Of a stretch of 64,000 nucleotides of DNA, positions 25,972-36,038 are shown piece by piece (the first letter of the stretch is position 1; each line of letters opens with the position of its first letter). The notes under the pieces were generated by a model. That model saw only the letters and a list, made by a program, of their open reading frames with translations, was not told the DNA's origin and did not search any database. Source of the DNA: Phycisphaeraceae bacterium (GTDB lineage: Bacteria; Planctomycetota; Phycisphaerae; Phycisphaerales; Phycisphaeraceae); contig JBBDPC010000100.1 in assembly GCA_040876735.1 (NCBI GenBank), positions 3,818 through 67,817 of the forward strand, given 5' to 3'. The translations under genes were made by a program, and so were the position numbers.

Positions 25972-27468
25972 TCACGCGCCGCCGCTGTCGCCGGCCCCCC
26001 CGCCGCCACCGGAACCTCCGGAGCCGCCACGTCGGCCGCGACGGCGTCGCCGGCGCCGACGGCGTCGGCCGCCGCCCGGGTTGCCCTCGCCGGTCGTGCC
26101 GCCTTCGCTGCCCGTCGTGTCGCCACCGTCTGCCGCACCGGTGTCGCCGGCCTGGGCTTGGGGAGCTTGCGGTTCACGGGCGTCGGCGTCTTCGCGGGAT
26201 TCGACTTCGGCGTCGGCGACCGGCTTGCCGGGGCTGGGGCGGCGCGGCTCGGTGGCAGCCTGACCGCCGCCGGCCTTGCCTGCTTGACGATTGCTGTAGC
26301 CGCGCGAGGGGACGGCGGCCGCTTCGCTCTGGCCGTTGCTGTCACCGTCGCCGTTGGCCTGCCCCTGACCCTGCGGGGCAGCCTGCGGCCGGGGGCGCGG
26401 GCCGGCCGAGGTGGACCGGGCCGAATCGCGTCCGCCACCATCGCCGCCGCCATTGCGGGGTCGGGGGCGCGGTGCGTTGGCGGCGGCTTCTTTCTGCTGC
26501 TGCTCCCACGCCTTGGCCTCTTCCTTGTCGAGGATGCGCAGGTTCTCCACCGGGTAGGCCGCCGGCTTCTCGACGCCGACCTGCACCAGCGCGAGCTGCG
26601 TGAGAATCTGCGTGTCCAGCACGATGCCGATGCCATCGTCGGTTTCCACCACCGTCTTGCGGTGCGGCAGGCGCTTCTTGAGGTCGCTGTACGTCTCGTC
26701 TTCGTAGCGGAGACAGCACATCAGCCGACCGCATCGGCCGGAGATCTTCATCGGGTCCAGCGTCGCCTTCTGCACCTTGGCCGACCGCATGGAAACGGGC
26801 TTGAGCACCTTGAGGAACTGCTTGCAGCAGCAGTGCTGGCCGCACTTCTCGTAGTCGGCGGCGATGCGGGCTTCTTCGCGGGCGTTGACCTGCACCATCT
26901 CGATGCGCGTCTGGTGCGCCGCGGCGAGCTGCTTGACCAATTCGCGGAAGTCGATGCGGTTTTCCGCGGTGTAGTAAAAGAGCATGCGCTCGCCGCCGAG
27001 CAACAGCTCGACGTCGACGAGGCGCATTTCCTCGGCGAGGTTGTTCTCGGCGATGAGGCGCTTGGTGGTCTTGATGATGTCGGTCTTCCGGCCGTCGAGC
27101 CGGGCCTGCTCGTTGAGGTCGTCGACGGTGGCGACGCGGAGGACTTTGCCCTCGGTGGTGAAGGGGTAGTCCTTGCCGCCGGAGTTCTGGATGTAGGCGA
27201 GCATCTCCTTGCGGGTGACGCTCTTGGAGCAGCCGGCGTTGGGGCAGGTGCTGGTGAGCATCTCGCCGAGCTCGACGCCGCGCTTGGTGCGGATGACCAT
27301 TTTCGACCCGCAGCCGGGCTTGGCTTCGCCGTCGTAGTCCAGCTCGGCGACGAGGCGCTGGTAGCCGTAGCGGACGACGATGGTTTTGGGGGCTTCGAGG
27401 TTTTCGTAGATCTTGCGGTCTTCCGCTTCTTCGAGCATGATCGGAAGCGGGGTGATGGTGCCTGCCAT
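25972..27468 (-). CDS. PSP1/RicT (YaaT) family protein with low-complexity, poly-Arg C-terminal tail
   Basis: RIDFRELVK, CGQHCCC, AKVQ and KISGRCGRLMCCLRYE motifs. Confidence 0.88.
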   Translation of the reverse strand: MAGTITPLPIMLEEAEDRKIYENLEAPKTIVVRYGYQRLVAELDYDGEAKPGCGSKMVIRTKRGVELGEMLTSTCPNAGCSKSVTRKEMLAYIQNSGGKDYPFTTEGKVLRVATVDDLNEQARLDGRKTDIIKTTKRLIAENNLAEEMRLVDVELLLGGERMLFYYTAENRIDFRELVKQLAAAHQTRIEMVQVNAREEARIAADYEKCGQHCCCKQFLKVLKPVSMRSAKVQKATLDPMKISGRCGRLMCCLRYEDETYSDLKKRLPHRKTVVETDDGIGIVLDTQILTQLALVQVGVEKPAAYPVENLRILDKEEAKAWEQQQKEAAANAPRPRPRNGGGDGGGRDSARSTSAGPRPRPQAAPQGQGQANGDGDSNGQSEAAAVPSRGYSNRQAGKAGGGQAATEPRRPSPGKPVADAEVESREDADAREPQAPQAQAGDTGAADGGDTTGSEGGTTGEGNPGGGRRRRRRRRRRGRRGGSGGSGGGGGAGDSGGA

Positions 27469-27676
27469 GATGACTCCGTGTAAAAAAGACACCGCCGGCG
27501 CGTCGAGCCTGCGAAAGGGTCGACGGCGGCGAAGGTGCGTGCAAACTGTCGTCGGGAAAGGGTTTTTATGTTCCCCGCCGCCGCCCGACCGGCCGCGAGG
27601 ATTCAACCACGGAGTTCAGTTGTGGAATGTCCATGGTACGTTGCGACCCGCCGTGCCCGCAAGCGCACCGCGCGCC

Positions 27677-27810
27677 GGTAGTGGTGTACTTTGCTTTCCT
27701 GGTGGGGCGGGCGTCTCGCCCGTCGTTCGGTCGAAGACCGAATACGCTGTTGGCCCTTCGGGCCAATGGCGGGCGAGACGCCCGCCCCACCAGGAAAGTA
27801 TCCCACTACC
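27677..27810. repeat. REPIN-like element (GGTGGGGCGGGCGTCTCGCCCG family) with two internal hairpins
   Basis: CTTTCCTGGTGGGGCGGGCGTCTCGCCCG pairs with CGGGCGAGACGCCCGCCCCACCAGGAAAG; outer ends GGTAGTGG/CCACTACC. Confidence 0.9.
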
Positions 27811-27887
27811 CGCGCGCCCCAGGGCAGTGCGGCCGCTCATCCACCCGTTACACTACGCCCTCCCCCCACGATTAAGGAGCCCCCATC

Positions 27888-28817
27888 ATGCAATACCGCA
27901 CACTCGGCAAGACCGGCTGGAAAGTCTCCGCGATCGGCTTCGGCGCCTGGGGCATCGGTGGCCAATGGGGCCCGGTCGAACAACGACAAGCCCTGGCCAC
28001 CCTTTCCGCCGCCTATGACGCCGGCATGAACTTCTTCGACACCGCCGACGCCTACGGCGACCCGCCTGGCCTTTCGGAAGAACTCACCGGCAAGGCCCTG
28101 GCCCCCCACCGCGACAAGGTCTACATCGCCTCCAAGGTCGGCAACTGGGCCCGCCGCGCCGGCCACCCGCTGCCGTTCACCTCCCCCCTGCACGTGATCA
28201 ACTGCTGCCACGCCAGTCTTTACCGCCTCGGCACGGAGACCATCGACCTCTACCAGTGCCACATCGCCAACCTCGACGAGCCCGACGTCTTCCTCGACGC
28301 GTTCGAGCAGTTGAAAAAGGCCGGCAAGATCCGGGCCTACGGCATCTCCACCAACGACGTGAAGGTGCTCGAACGGTTCAACCGCGACGGCCAGTGCGCC
28401 ACCTGCCAGCTCGACTACTCGCTGCTCAACCGCGAGCCGGAGCGCGAACTGCTGCCCTACTGCCGGACGAACAACATCGGCACGATCATCCGCGGCCCGC
28501 TGGCCAAGGGCGTCGCCACCGGCAAGTTCACCCGTGCCACGACGTTCAGCGACAGCGTCCGGCAAGGCTGGAACGACGGGGCCGGGCGTGAGAAGTTTCA
28601 CGCACAACTGGCGCTGGTGGAGAAGCTGCGCTTCCTCGAAGCGCACGGCCGCACGATGCCGCACGCGGCGTTGCAATATGTGCTCGCCCACGCGGCGGTG
28701 AGTGTCGCCATCCCCGGCGCCAAAAGCCCCGAACAAGCTCGCACCAATGCCGCCGCCACACAGGGGAAGCTGCTGCCGGACGAGGTCGAGCGAGCACGCG
28801 AGCTGACAGGTGTATGA
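27888..28817 (+). CDS. aldo/keto reductase
   Basis: GFGAWGIGG, FFDTADAYG, IASK, IDLYQCH and GPLAKG motifs. Confidence 0.92.
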   Translation: MQYRTLGKTGWKVSAIGFGAWGIGGQWGPVEQRQALATLSAAYDAGMNFFDTADAYGDPPGLSEELTGKALAPHRDKVYIASKVGNWARRAGHPLPFTSPLHVINCCHASLYRLGTETIDLYQCHIANLDEPDVFLDAFEQLKKAGKIRAYGISTNDVKVLERFNRDGQCATCQLDYSLLNREPERELLPYCRTNNIGTIIRGPLAKGVATGKFTRATTFSDSVRQGWNDGAGREKFHAQLALVEKLRFLEAHGRTMPHAALQYVLAHAAVSVAIPGAKSPEQARTNAAATQGKLLPDEVERARELTGV

Positions 28818-28822
28818 GAGGG

Positions 28823-29051
28823 CGGGGTTCGGGGTTCGGGGTTCGGGGTGATTTTATTCAGAAGCCGAGGGCTGAGTCCGCGAAGCCCCGGATGAGGGGG
28901 ATCGATGACCTATAGAATCGCCTGGCGCTCTCTGACATCATCGATCACACATCACACATCACACATCATCCATTCCCCTCATCCCGCCCTTCGTCGCTGC
29001 GCTCCTCAGGAGCGGGCGTTATAAAATCTTCCCGAATCCCGAATCCCGAAT
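28823..29051 (-). repeat. composite dispersed repeat, copy 2 (inverted relative to 324-541)
   Basis: Bounded by (GGGGTTC)3 plus GATTTTAT on the left and ATAAAATC plus (CCCGAAT)3 on the right; contains (ATCACAC)3 and both palindromic modules. Confidence 0.9.
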
Positions 29052-29055
29052 GCCC

Positions 29056-29526
29056 ATGCTCCACGTTGCTCTCTACCAGCCGATGATTCCGCCCAACACG
29101 GGGGCGACCGCACGGCAGTGCGTGGGTATGCGGGCCCGGCTGCACCTGATCGGGCCGCATCCGATCGACCTCTCCGACCATGCCGTCAAGCGGGCCGGGC
29201 TGGACTACTGGCCCCACCTGATGCTCACCGAGCACGCCTCGCCCGAAGCGTTTGTCGCCTGGCTGGAGCAGACGAACCGGCGGCCGTGGCTGGTGACGAA
29301 GTTCGCCACGCAGCGGTACGACCGGGCCGGCTACGCCGACGAGGACGTGCTGGTGTTCGGCAATGAGCAGACGGGGCTGCCCGAAGCCTGGCATGAGCGG
29401 TGGGCCGATCGTCGGGTGGCCGTGCCGATCCTGGGCGCAGTGCGCAGCTATAACCTGGCGAACACGGTGGCGATGGTGCTGGCGCAGGCCTGCTCGACGG
29501 CGGGGCTGTACCCGGAGGTGGATTGA
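29056..29526 (+). CDS. trmL: tRNA (cytidine/uridine-34-2'-O)-methyltransferase, SPOUT family
   Basis: LYQPMIPPNTG, KRAGLDYW, FGNEQTGLP and RSYNLAN motifs. Confidence 0.9.
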   Translation: MLHVALYQPMIPPNTGATARQCVGMRARLHLIGPHPIDLSDHAVKRAGLDYWPHLMLTEHASPEAFVAWLEQTNRRPWLVTKFATQRYDRAGYADEDVLVFGNEQTGLPEAWHERWADRRVAVPILGAVRSYNLANTVAMVLAQACSTAGLYPEVD

Positions 29527-29541
29527 GCCGGAGAGGCGCAG

Positions 29542-29578
29542 AAAAACAGCGCGGCGATCCCCTCCGATCGCCGCGCTG
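29542..29578 (-). terminator. Rho-independent terminator of flagellin
   Basis: 13-bp stem CAGCGCGGCGATC/GATCGCCGCGCTG with a T5 tract on the minus strand. Confidence 0.8.
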
Positions 29579-29623
29579 CACATTGACTGAGAAGAAAAAC
29601 GTCTTGCGTTTCTCTTTTATTTC

Positions 29624-31117
29624 TTACCCGAGCAACTGGAGCACCGACTGGGGCTGAGCGTTGGCCATGCCCAGGGCCTGCGTCGCCGCGGAGGCGAGGA
29701 TCTGCGAGCGGGTCATCTCGGCCGTCTCGGCGGCGAAGTCGGTGTCGCGGATGGCGCTCTCGGCGGCGCTGACGTTTTCGAGGGTCACGCCGAGCGAGTT
29801 GATCGTCGACTGCACCACGTTGGACTGGAACGAGCCGAGTCGTCCGCGGAGGCTGGAGACCTGCTTGATGGCGGCGTTGACCGCCTCCTGGGCCTTGCCG
29901 AGGTCGCCGTCGATGACGTTGGCAGTCCGGCCCGAGCCGAGGTCGCTGAGGAACCCGGCGGTGGCGTTGCCGAGGTTGCGCGCCGCGACATTGCCGATGC
30001 CGAGGCGGGTTTCGTTGTTCATGTCGATCGTCGGGCCGAGGTTGAATTTGGCCCCGCCGCCGGTGATCGTGCCGACCGCCACGGAGCCGACGTCGCCGGC
30101 GGTGGCTTCGTCGAAGGCGATGTCGGCGTTGAGCACATCGGAGTTGACGCTGATGTTCAGGCCGTCGCCGCGTGCGGCCACGCCGTTGACCGTGCCGCCG
30201 ACGTCCTGCCCCTCGTCCCGCAGCGCGCCGGTGGCGGCGGCGAAGGTGGACAGTTCCGCGTCGACGGTGGCCGCATCATCGGCTTCGTAGCTGTGGATGC
30301 CCCCGGCGACGCCGGCGTCGTCGACGATGTTGACGGAGACGAACTCCTTGGAGCCGTAGCCGGTGGAGCGCAGTTCCAGGCCGTTGGAGACGACCGCGGC
30401 GGAGACGCCGGTGATGCCCTTGAAGCTGTTGATCTGGTCGGCGGCGTCGTCGAGGCTCTGCCCGTCGGCGAACTCGAAGAGGCGTGAGCCGTCCTTGCCG
30501 CCGACTTCGATGGCGAAGGTGGTTTCCCCACTGGCCAGTGAAACCGTGGTGGCGCTGAAATTGACGTACAGGCCGGCGGTCTGGGCGGACTGGTCGACGA
30601 TGACGTTGATGTCCATCTCTTCCGAGCCGAGCTTGGCGCCGTGGACTTTCAAATCCTGCACCCCGCTGTCGACGTCGGAGACCTGGAAGTCGAAGCTGCC
30701 GTTGAGCAGTTTCGTGCCCTGGAAGCTGGTGGTGGAAGCGATGCGATCGATGCTCTGGAGGATGGCGTCGATCTGCTGCTGGTTGGCCTCTTTCTCTTCG
30801 GTGGACAGGCCGGCGTCGTTGGCGCTTTCGCCGACGAGGCTTTGCACCTCTAGCAGCATCGAGTTGATCTCCTGCAGACCACCCTCGGCGACGTTGACCA
30901 CCTGGTCGGCACGCTCCGCGTTGGAGATGGCGGCGCTGAGGGCGGCCTGCTCCGAGCGGAGGTTTTCACTGGCGATCAGCCCCGCCGGGTCGTCGCCGCC
31001 GCGGTTGATGCGCAAGCCCGTGCTCAGTCGCTCGAGCGACTTGTTCAGGCTCATGTTCTGCTGGTTCATCACCCGCTGGGCGAGCATGGAACCGACGTTG
31101 GTGTTGATTCGACTCAT
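29624..31117 (-). CDS. fliC: flagellin
   Basis: MSRINTN, ERLSTGLRINRGGDDPAGL, AESAIRDTDFAAE and ANAQPQSVLQLLG motifs. Confidence 0.97.
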   Translation of the reverse strand: MSRINTNVGSMLAQRVMNQQNMSLNKSLERLSTGLRINRGGDDPAGLIASENLRSEQAALSAAISNAERADQVVNVAEGGLQEINSMLLEVQSLVGESANDAGLSTEEKEANQQQIDAILQSIDRIASTTSFQGTKLLNGSFDFQVSDVDSGVQDLKVHGAKLGSEEMDINVIVDQSAQTAGLYVNFSATTVSLASGETTFAIEVGGKDGSRLFEFADGQSLDDAADQINSFKGITGVSAAVVSNGLELRSTGYGSKEFVSVNIVDDAGVAGGIHSYEADDAATVDAELSTFAAATGALRDEGQDVGGTVNGVAARGDGLNISVNSDVLNADIAFDEATAGDVGSVAVGTITGGGAKFNLGPTIDMNNETRLGIGNVAARNLGNATAGFLSDLGSGRTANVIDGDLGKAQEAVNAAIKQVSSLRGRLGSFQSNVVQSTINSLGVTLENVSAAESAIRDTDFAAETAEMTRSQILASAATQALGMANAQPQSVLQLLG

Positions 31118-31379
31118 CTGACATTTCTCCCCAAGCCATGTAAAAGCGTGATCGAAAGACGAGCCTTGCCACGCGGCGTCCCCGCTCGTCAGGCAAGAAA
31201 TCGTCCGTGCATCAAGCCCGCATCAGCACGGAGCATCACTTTGGCGGGTTTTTTCGGTTTGGGCCCCCGTTCAGGTCGACACAGGCCGCACAAACGGCAA
31301 GGTTTGACAGGCTCGGCGGGGGGAAAAGGAGATTGCAGACGGGGGAGTGGGGAGTTATCGGATTGCGCGCGTCAGACGT

Positions 31380-31403
31380 CCACGGATTGAATCCGCGGGC
31401 TTC
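31380..31403. repeat. palindromic repeat, CCACGGATTGAATCCGYGGGCTTC family
   Basis: Matches copies at 41045, 56674 and a degenerate copy at 63383. Confidence 0.8.
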
Positions 31404-31440
31404 GGAGAATGGCACAAGTCAAGTATTGGCGCGTCCCGTA

Positions 31441-31983
31441 TTACTCAGGCTTGTTGCGCTGCTGTTCGATGTCGCGGATGTAGGCTTCGGTGCGGTCGAG
31501 CTCGCGCTTGAGATGGCGGACGCGGAGCAGGCTTTTCACACGGGTGATCAGTTCCAGCTTGTTGACCGGCTTGGAGACGAAATCGTCCGTGCCCGACTCG
31601 ACGCCGCGCTCGATGTCGCCCAGCTCGTTCAGGGCGGTGACCATCATGATGGGAATCGCGCGGGTGGCGGGGTCTTCCTTGATCTTCCGGCAGACCTCGA
31701 AGCCGGACATGCGCGGCATCATCACGTCCAGCAGAATCAGGTCGGGCGTGGGCTTGTCCGCGTCTTCGACAAACTGCAGCGCCTCGATGCCGTCGCAGGC
31801 GGTGTCGATCCGGCAAGGGAGGGTTTCGAGGTAGGCCTGGAGCAGTTCGACGTTCTGCTCGTTGTCGTCGACGATGAGAATGCTCGACTCCGAGAGGTCG
31901 AAATCCTGCTCGGCCGCGGCGGGCGCGGGCTGAGCGGGCTCGGTGGAAGCGGGCGATGTGAGCGGGGAGGACTCGTTGGTCAT
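31441..31983 (-). CDS. single-domain response regulator (receiver plus coiled coil)
   Basis: ILIVDD, LILLDVMMP, VTA and FVSKP motifs. Confidence 0.9.
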   Translation of the reverse strand: MTNESSPLTSPASTEPAQPAPAAAEQDFDLSESSILIVDDNEQNVELLQAYLETLPCRIDTACDGIEALQFVEDADKPTPDLILLDVMMPRMSGFEVCRKIKEDPATRAIPIMMVTALNELGDIERGVESGTDDFVSKPVNKLELITRVKSLLRVRHLKRELDRTEAYIRDIEQQRNKPE

Positions 31984-32243
31984 GGCGTTTCGCTGTGTCA
32001 CGGGGGATGTCGTGCCGCCGACGGCTTCCAGGCCCGGCGGCGGTGGCCGATTGATGGTACCCGCTGATCGCGCCCCAGTCGATGCCGCACTCCGGAGGCC
32101 GGAAAAGCGGGGCAGGCGTCTCGCCTTGACCGCGGCGGGAGAAGACGCCACAATTTATCCCCCTAGCCTGCCTTCGGGCCGCCCTGGCCTTACAATACCC
32201 CGTAGCGTAAGCACACCGACATTCAAGAGGAAGCGATATCCCT

Positions 32244-32663
32244 ATGCCACCCATGGAACAGAGCGAAGAGCTTCGGCTCGATGGTATCAAGGTGTTGATC
32301 GTCGACGACGACAGCGAGATCCGCGCGGCCCTGGACCAGGCCCTTCAGGCCGAGGGCGCGTTGACCCAGACGTGCGGCGACGGCAACACCGCGGTGCGCA
32401 TCTGCGAGTCCGATCCGCCTGACCTTGTCGTGCTGGACATGATGCTGCCCAAGCGGTCCGGTTTCCTTGTGCTGGAGAAGATCAAGCGTTTCGAAGATCC
32501 GCCCAAGGTCATCATGGTCACCGCCAACGAAGGCCGGCGACACCAGCAGTACGCTGAGGCCTTGGGGGTCGACGGCTACATCCTCAAACCCGTCCGGCTC
32601 GAAAAGCTGATCACGCTCGCTCAGAGCCTGTTCACCAAAGAGCCGGAGGTCGATGAGGAATAG
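32244..32663 (+). CDS. single-domain response regulator (CheY-like)
   Basis: VLIVDDD, LVVLDMMLP, VTA and YILKP motifs. Confidence 0.9.
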   Translation: MPPMEQSEELRLDGIKVLIVDDDSEIRAALDQALQAEGALTQTCGDGNTAVRICESDPPDLVVLDMMLPKRSGFLVLEKIKRFEDPPKVIMVTANEGRRHQQYAEALGVDGYILKPVRLEKLITLAQSLFTKEPEVDEE

Positions 32664-32889
32664 CACGCGGCACCGCGCGGCGCCCCTGCCATCATCACAC
32701 GCAAGGCAACGCAATCGTCGACGGCCACGTCGGCGGTTGCTGCGCGCCCACCCCCTGGTAAGGAACCGTTCTGGACACGGTCCACATCCGTCCACAGAAT
32801 AGCTACACTAAAGGGGTCTTAGCCGTGCCGCTGCTGTTTGGCCCGGCGATCAGTTCTTTGTTGACACTTTCCGGGGTGGGGAACATTTC

Positions 32890-34113
32890 ATGACAGATTC
32901 CGGTCAGTCGATGTTGTACCGACGTTTCGGACGCACCAACCTACAGATGCCGGTCTTCAGTTGCGGCGGCATGCGATACCAGCACCACTGGACAGACCTG
33001 CCTCCCAGCGAAGTCCCCAAAGCCAATCAGGACAACCTCGAAGCCACCATCCGCCGCGCCGTCGAACTGGGCATCAACCACATCGAAACCGCCCGCGGCT
33101 ACGGCTCCAGCGAACGCCAGCTCGGCCAGATCCTGCCCACCTTCGCCCGCGACAAACTCATCGTCCAAACCAAGATCGGCCCCGAAGACGACCCCGACAA
33201 GTTCCTCGCGCACTTCGACGAATCGCTCGAACGCCTCCAACTCGATTACGTCGACCTGCTCGGCCTCCACGGCCTGAACGACCAGGCCACCCTCGACAAG
33301 GCCATCCGCAAAGGCGGCTGCCTCGCCGCCGCCCGCAAGCTCCAGCAGCAGGGCAAGGCCCGCCACATCGGCTTCTCCACCCACGGCTCACTCGACACCA
33401 TCCGCCAGGCCATCACCCACACCGGCGACGGCGGGTTCGACTACGTCAACCTGCACTGGTACTACATCTTCCAGCGCAACTGGCCCGCCGTGCTCGAAGC
33501 CCGCAAGCGCGACATGGGCGTGTTCATCATCAGCCCCTCCGACAAGGGCGGCAAGCTCTACGATCCGCCGGACGAGCTGGTCCAGCTCTGCGAGCCGCTG
33601 CACCCGATGGTCTTCAACGACCTGTTCTGCCTCGCCCACCCCCAGGTGCACACGCTGAGCATCGGCGCCGCCCGGCCGACCGACTTCGACATGCACGTGA
33701 AGACGCTGCCGTTGATCGAGCACGCCGACCACACCCTCGCCCCCATCCTCGCCCGCCTGCGCGAAGCGATGTACGAGGCCACCGGCATCGAAGACCCCGA
33801 AGCGATGTCCGCCGGCCTGCCGGAGTGGGACGCCATGCCGGGCCAGCTCAATGTGGCCGTCATGCTCTGGCTGCGCAATCTCGCCCTCGGCTGGGGCATG
33901 ACCGAGTACGCGAAGATGCGCTACAACCTGCTCGGCAACGCCGGGCACTGGTTCCCTGGCGGTAAGCCGGACAACCTCCAGGATGTCACCGACGAGGCGT
34001 TGACCGAAGCCGCCGCCGACTCGCCGTGGGCCGAGCAGATCCCCGACATGCTCCGCGAGTCCGTCGACCTGCTGCGCGGCGAAGAAGTGCAACGCGCCAG
34101 CAAAGGCGGGTGA
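32890..34113 (+). CDS. aldo/keto reductase family oxidoreductase
   Basis: YRRFGRT, CGGMR, HIETARGYG, IVQTK and IGFSTHG motifs. Confidence 0.9.
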   Translation: MTDSGQSMLYRRFGRTNLQMPVFSCGGMRYQHHWTDLPPSEVPKANQDNLEATIRRAVELGINHIETARGYGSSERQLGQILPTFARDKLIVQTKIGPEDDPDKFLAHFDESLERLQLDYVDLLGLHGLNDQATLDKAIRKGGCLAAARKLQQQGKARHIGFSTHGSLDTIRQAITHTGDGGFDYVNLHWYYIFQRNWPAVLEARKRDMGVFIISPSDKGGKLYDPPDELVQLCEPLHPMVFNDLFCLAHPQVHTLSIGAARPTDFDMHVKTLPLIEHADHTLAPILARLREAMYEATGIEDPEAMSAGLPEWDAMPGQLNVAVMLWLRNLALGWGMTEYAKMRYNLLGNAGHWFPGGKPDNLQDVTDEALTEAAADSPWAEQIPDMLRESVDLLRGEEVQRASKGG

Positions 34114-34214
34114 CGACAACGCAGTACCACAATTGAAATCATGGTAGCGCGGCGAAATATGACCGATCGAGACGGTCCGACTCCTTTTTGTCCTCTGATT
34201 AACGGGAACGTCAC

Positions 34215-34586
34215 ATGCTATCCAGGCAAGAGCTGCCGGAAGATGCTGCGAACTGGACGACAGTGCAAGTATGCTTCGATCGTCTTGCGCCGGATCGAGA
34301 AGAGGCCTGTCCCATCGCGCGCGAGGAAGTTATGAATTATGTCCGAATGGAATCAGCCGACACCGACTCTGCTGAGGAGGCGTCGCTGCTGTTCCTGCGA
34401 ACCGCACGGATCGGCGAGGCGTCGTACTGGCTATGGTCCTACACGGAATCCGACGGTGTCGTGTGCTTCGTGACATGTCGTCAGAATGACGATGGTTCTA
34501 ATATGCTCAGCCTTGCCGAGCCCAATGGATTATCCCCGGAACAATACCTGCTCGCTGACTACTACGATGAAATATACTGGTCCTGA
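34215..34586 (+). CDS. hypothetical acidic protein, atypical composition
   Basis: 123-aa ORF in a visibly less GC-rich patch; no recognised motif. Confidence 0.55.
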   Translation: MLSRQELPEDAANWTTVQVCFDRLAPDREEACPIAREEVMNYVRMESADTDSAEEASLLFLRTARIGEASYWLWSYTESDGVVCFVTCRQNDDGSNMLSLAEPNGLSPEQYLLADYYDEIYWS

Positions 34587-34617
34587 CTCAGCATTTACAA
34601 GTCCATCGCCTAGCCTA

Positions 34618-34645
34618 GTGCCACGGCCGCACGCGGCCGTGGCAC
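34618..34645. repeat. perfect palindrome, REP-like
   Basis: GTGCCACGGCCGC-AC-GCGGCCGTGGCAC between convergent genes. Confidence 0.65.
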
Positions 34646-34693
34646 CCGTCAGCGACGCCCAAGATTCGCTTTGATCACAAGTAGCGTTGACGC

Positions 34694-35854
34694 TCACGCC
34701 TCCGGATCGGGCAGCGCATCGCAGAAGTCGGCGACCTGCTCCAGCGTCGGGCTTGCGCCGTGGCGGACGTAGTAGCCGCTGGTGGCGGTGCCCACGCACA
34801 GCGCCTGCTCCACCGGCAGGTCGGCGAGTCGGCCGAGGCAGAAGCCGGCGTTGAAGTTGTCGCCCGCGCCGGTGGAGAGCTTGGGGGTGGCGGTGAACGG
34901 GCCGTAGAACGTGGCGGCGCCGACCGTCGCGACGTCCGTGCCGCATAGCGCCGCCGCCGCGCCGCGGCGCGGATGCACGACCACGCAATGCAGGCCCAGT
35001 TTTTCGCGGATACGGCAGGCCGTGGTTTCAATCGCCGCCTCGGCGTCGCCGTCGATCGCCATCCCCAGCGCCGCGGCGACCTGGCCCGACTCCTTGAGGT
35101 TCATGCCCAACGTCACGTCAGCATGCTCGTTGAGCCGGGTGCACAGCGACAAGGCGCGCTGGAGGTCTTCGGTGGTGCGCTTGGCCGGGTCGGCAAGGTC
35201 GATGAAGATCATGCGGCGGTGCCCGTCCACTTCCGCCGGGGCGTTGGGCAGCACGCGTTCGATCAGGTCCAGCCAGATCGTCTCCAGCTTCGGCAGCATG
35301 GTCCAGTTGACCATCCCGATCAGCCGTGAGCCGGTCACCAGACTGTCGAACACATCCCGGCCCAAGGCGGCGTGAACCTGCGCCACGTCGAGGTTCGCCA
35401 CCGTCTCATACTTGCCCAGCATCAGCTTGCCGTCGGTGAACTCCAGCGCGTCGGTGTAGCCGGGCTCGACGACCGAATGCACCGTGGCGTGGCGGGCGAA
35501 ATCCTCGAACACCTCGTGCAGCGTCGGCTGGCCCAGCGCGCCGATGTAGTTGATCTTCAAGCCCGCCGCGGCCATGGCGTTGGCCATGATCGGGCCGTTG
35601 CCGCCGAGCTTCTGCAAGGTGGTGACCAGTTCGAAGTTGGCGCTCTGGCCGGCGGCGGCTTGGATGCGCTGGCCGAAGGTTTCGATGAGCGTGATCGGGT
35701 CGTAGCGGTCGACGTCGTGGCGTTTGTCGACCACCTTGATGATCGAGTCGACGAAGCCGTCAAACCCGATGAGCACGGGCGTGGCGGGGGCGCTGGCGGC
35801 AAACTGACGCAGCCCGGCGGCGGCGGCGCGGGCAGTAGCGGTACGGTCGGGCAT
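34694..35854 (-). CDS. PfkB/ribokinase-family carbohydrate kinase
   Basis: GFDGFVD, KLGGNGPIMANA and STGAGDNFNAGF motifs. Confidence 0.85.
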   Translation of the reverse strand: MPDRTATARAAAAGLRQFAASAPATPVLIGFDGFVDSIIKVVDKRHDVDRYDPITLIETFGQRIQAAAGQSANFELVTTLQKLGGNGPIMANAMAAAGLKINYIGALGQPTLHEVFEDFARHATVHSVVEPGYTDALEFTDGKLMLGKYETVANLDVAQVHAALGRDVFDSLVTGSRLIGMVNWTMLPKLETIWLDLIERVLPNAPAEVDGHRRMIFIDLADPAKRTTEDLQRALSLCTRLNEHADVTLGMNLKESGQVAAALGMAIDGDAEAAIETTACRIREKLGLHCVVVHPRRGAAAALCGTDVATVGAATFYGPFTATPKLSTGAGDNFNAGFCLGRLADLPVEQALCVGTATSGYYVRHGASPTLEQVADFCDALPDPEA

Positions 35855-35997
35855 GCGTGAAAGCTCCTTCGGCATGGGGTTGCAGAGCCGCAAAGCGTAG
35901 CAAAACCCTGCCCGCCGCGCCAAAACCGCCGACGCCAACCCCTGCCGTCAACCGGCGCAATGGCCTATACTGTGCCACCAGCAAGCACGGCTCGTCG

Positions 35998-36032
35998 CCC
36001 GAACCCCGACTCCCGAACCCCCAATCCCGAAC
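35998..36032 (+). repeat. heptamer array (CCCGAAC-like) directly upstream of ispG
   Basis: CCCGAAC CCCGACT CCCGAAC CCCCAAT CCCGAAC. Confidence 0.7.
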
Positions 36033-36038
36033 GCACCC

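Noticed and set aside
31355-31381. TCCGATAA on the minus strand as a sigma28 -10 box for fliC
   Set aside because: No matching -35 at the correct spacing; a repeat occupies that position.
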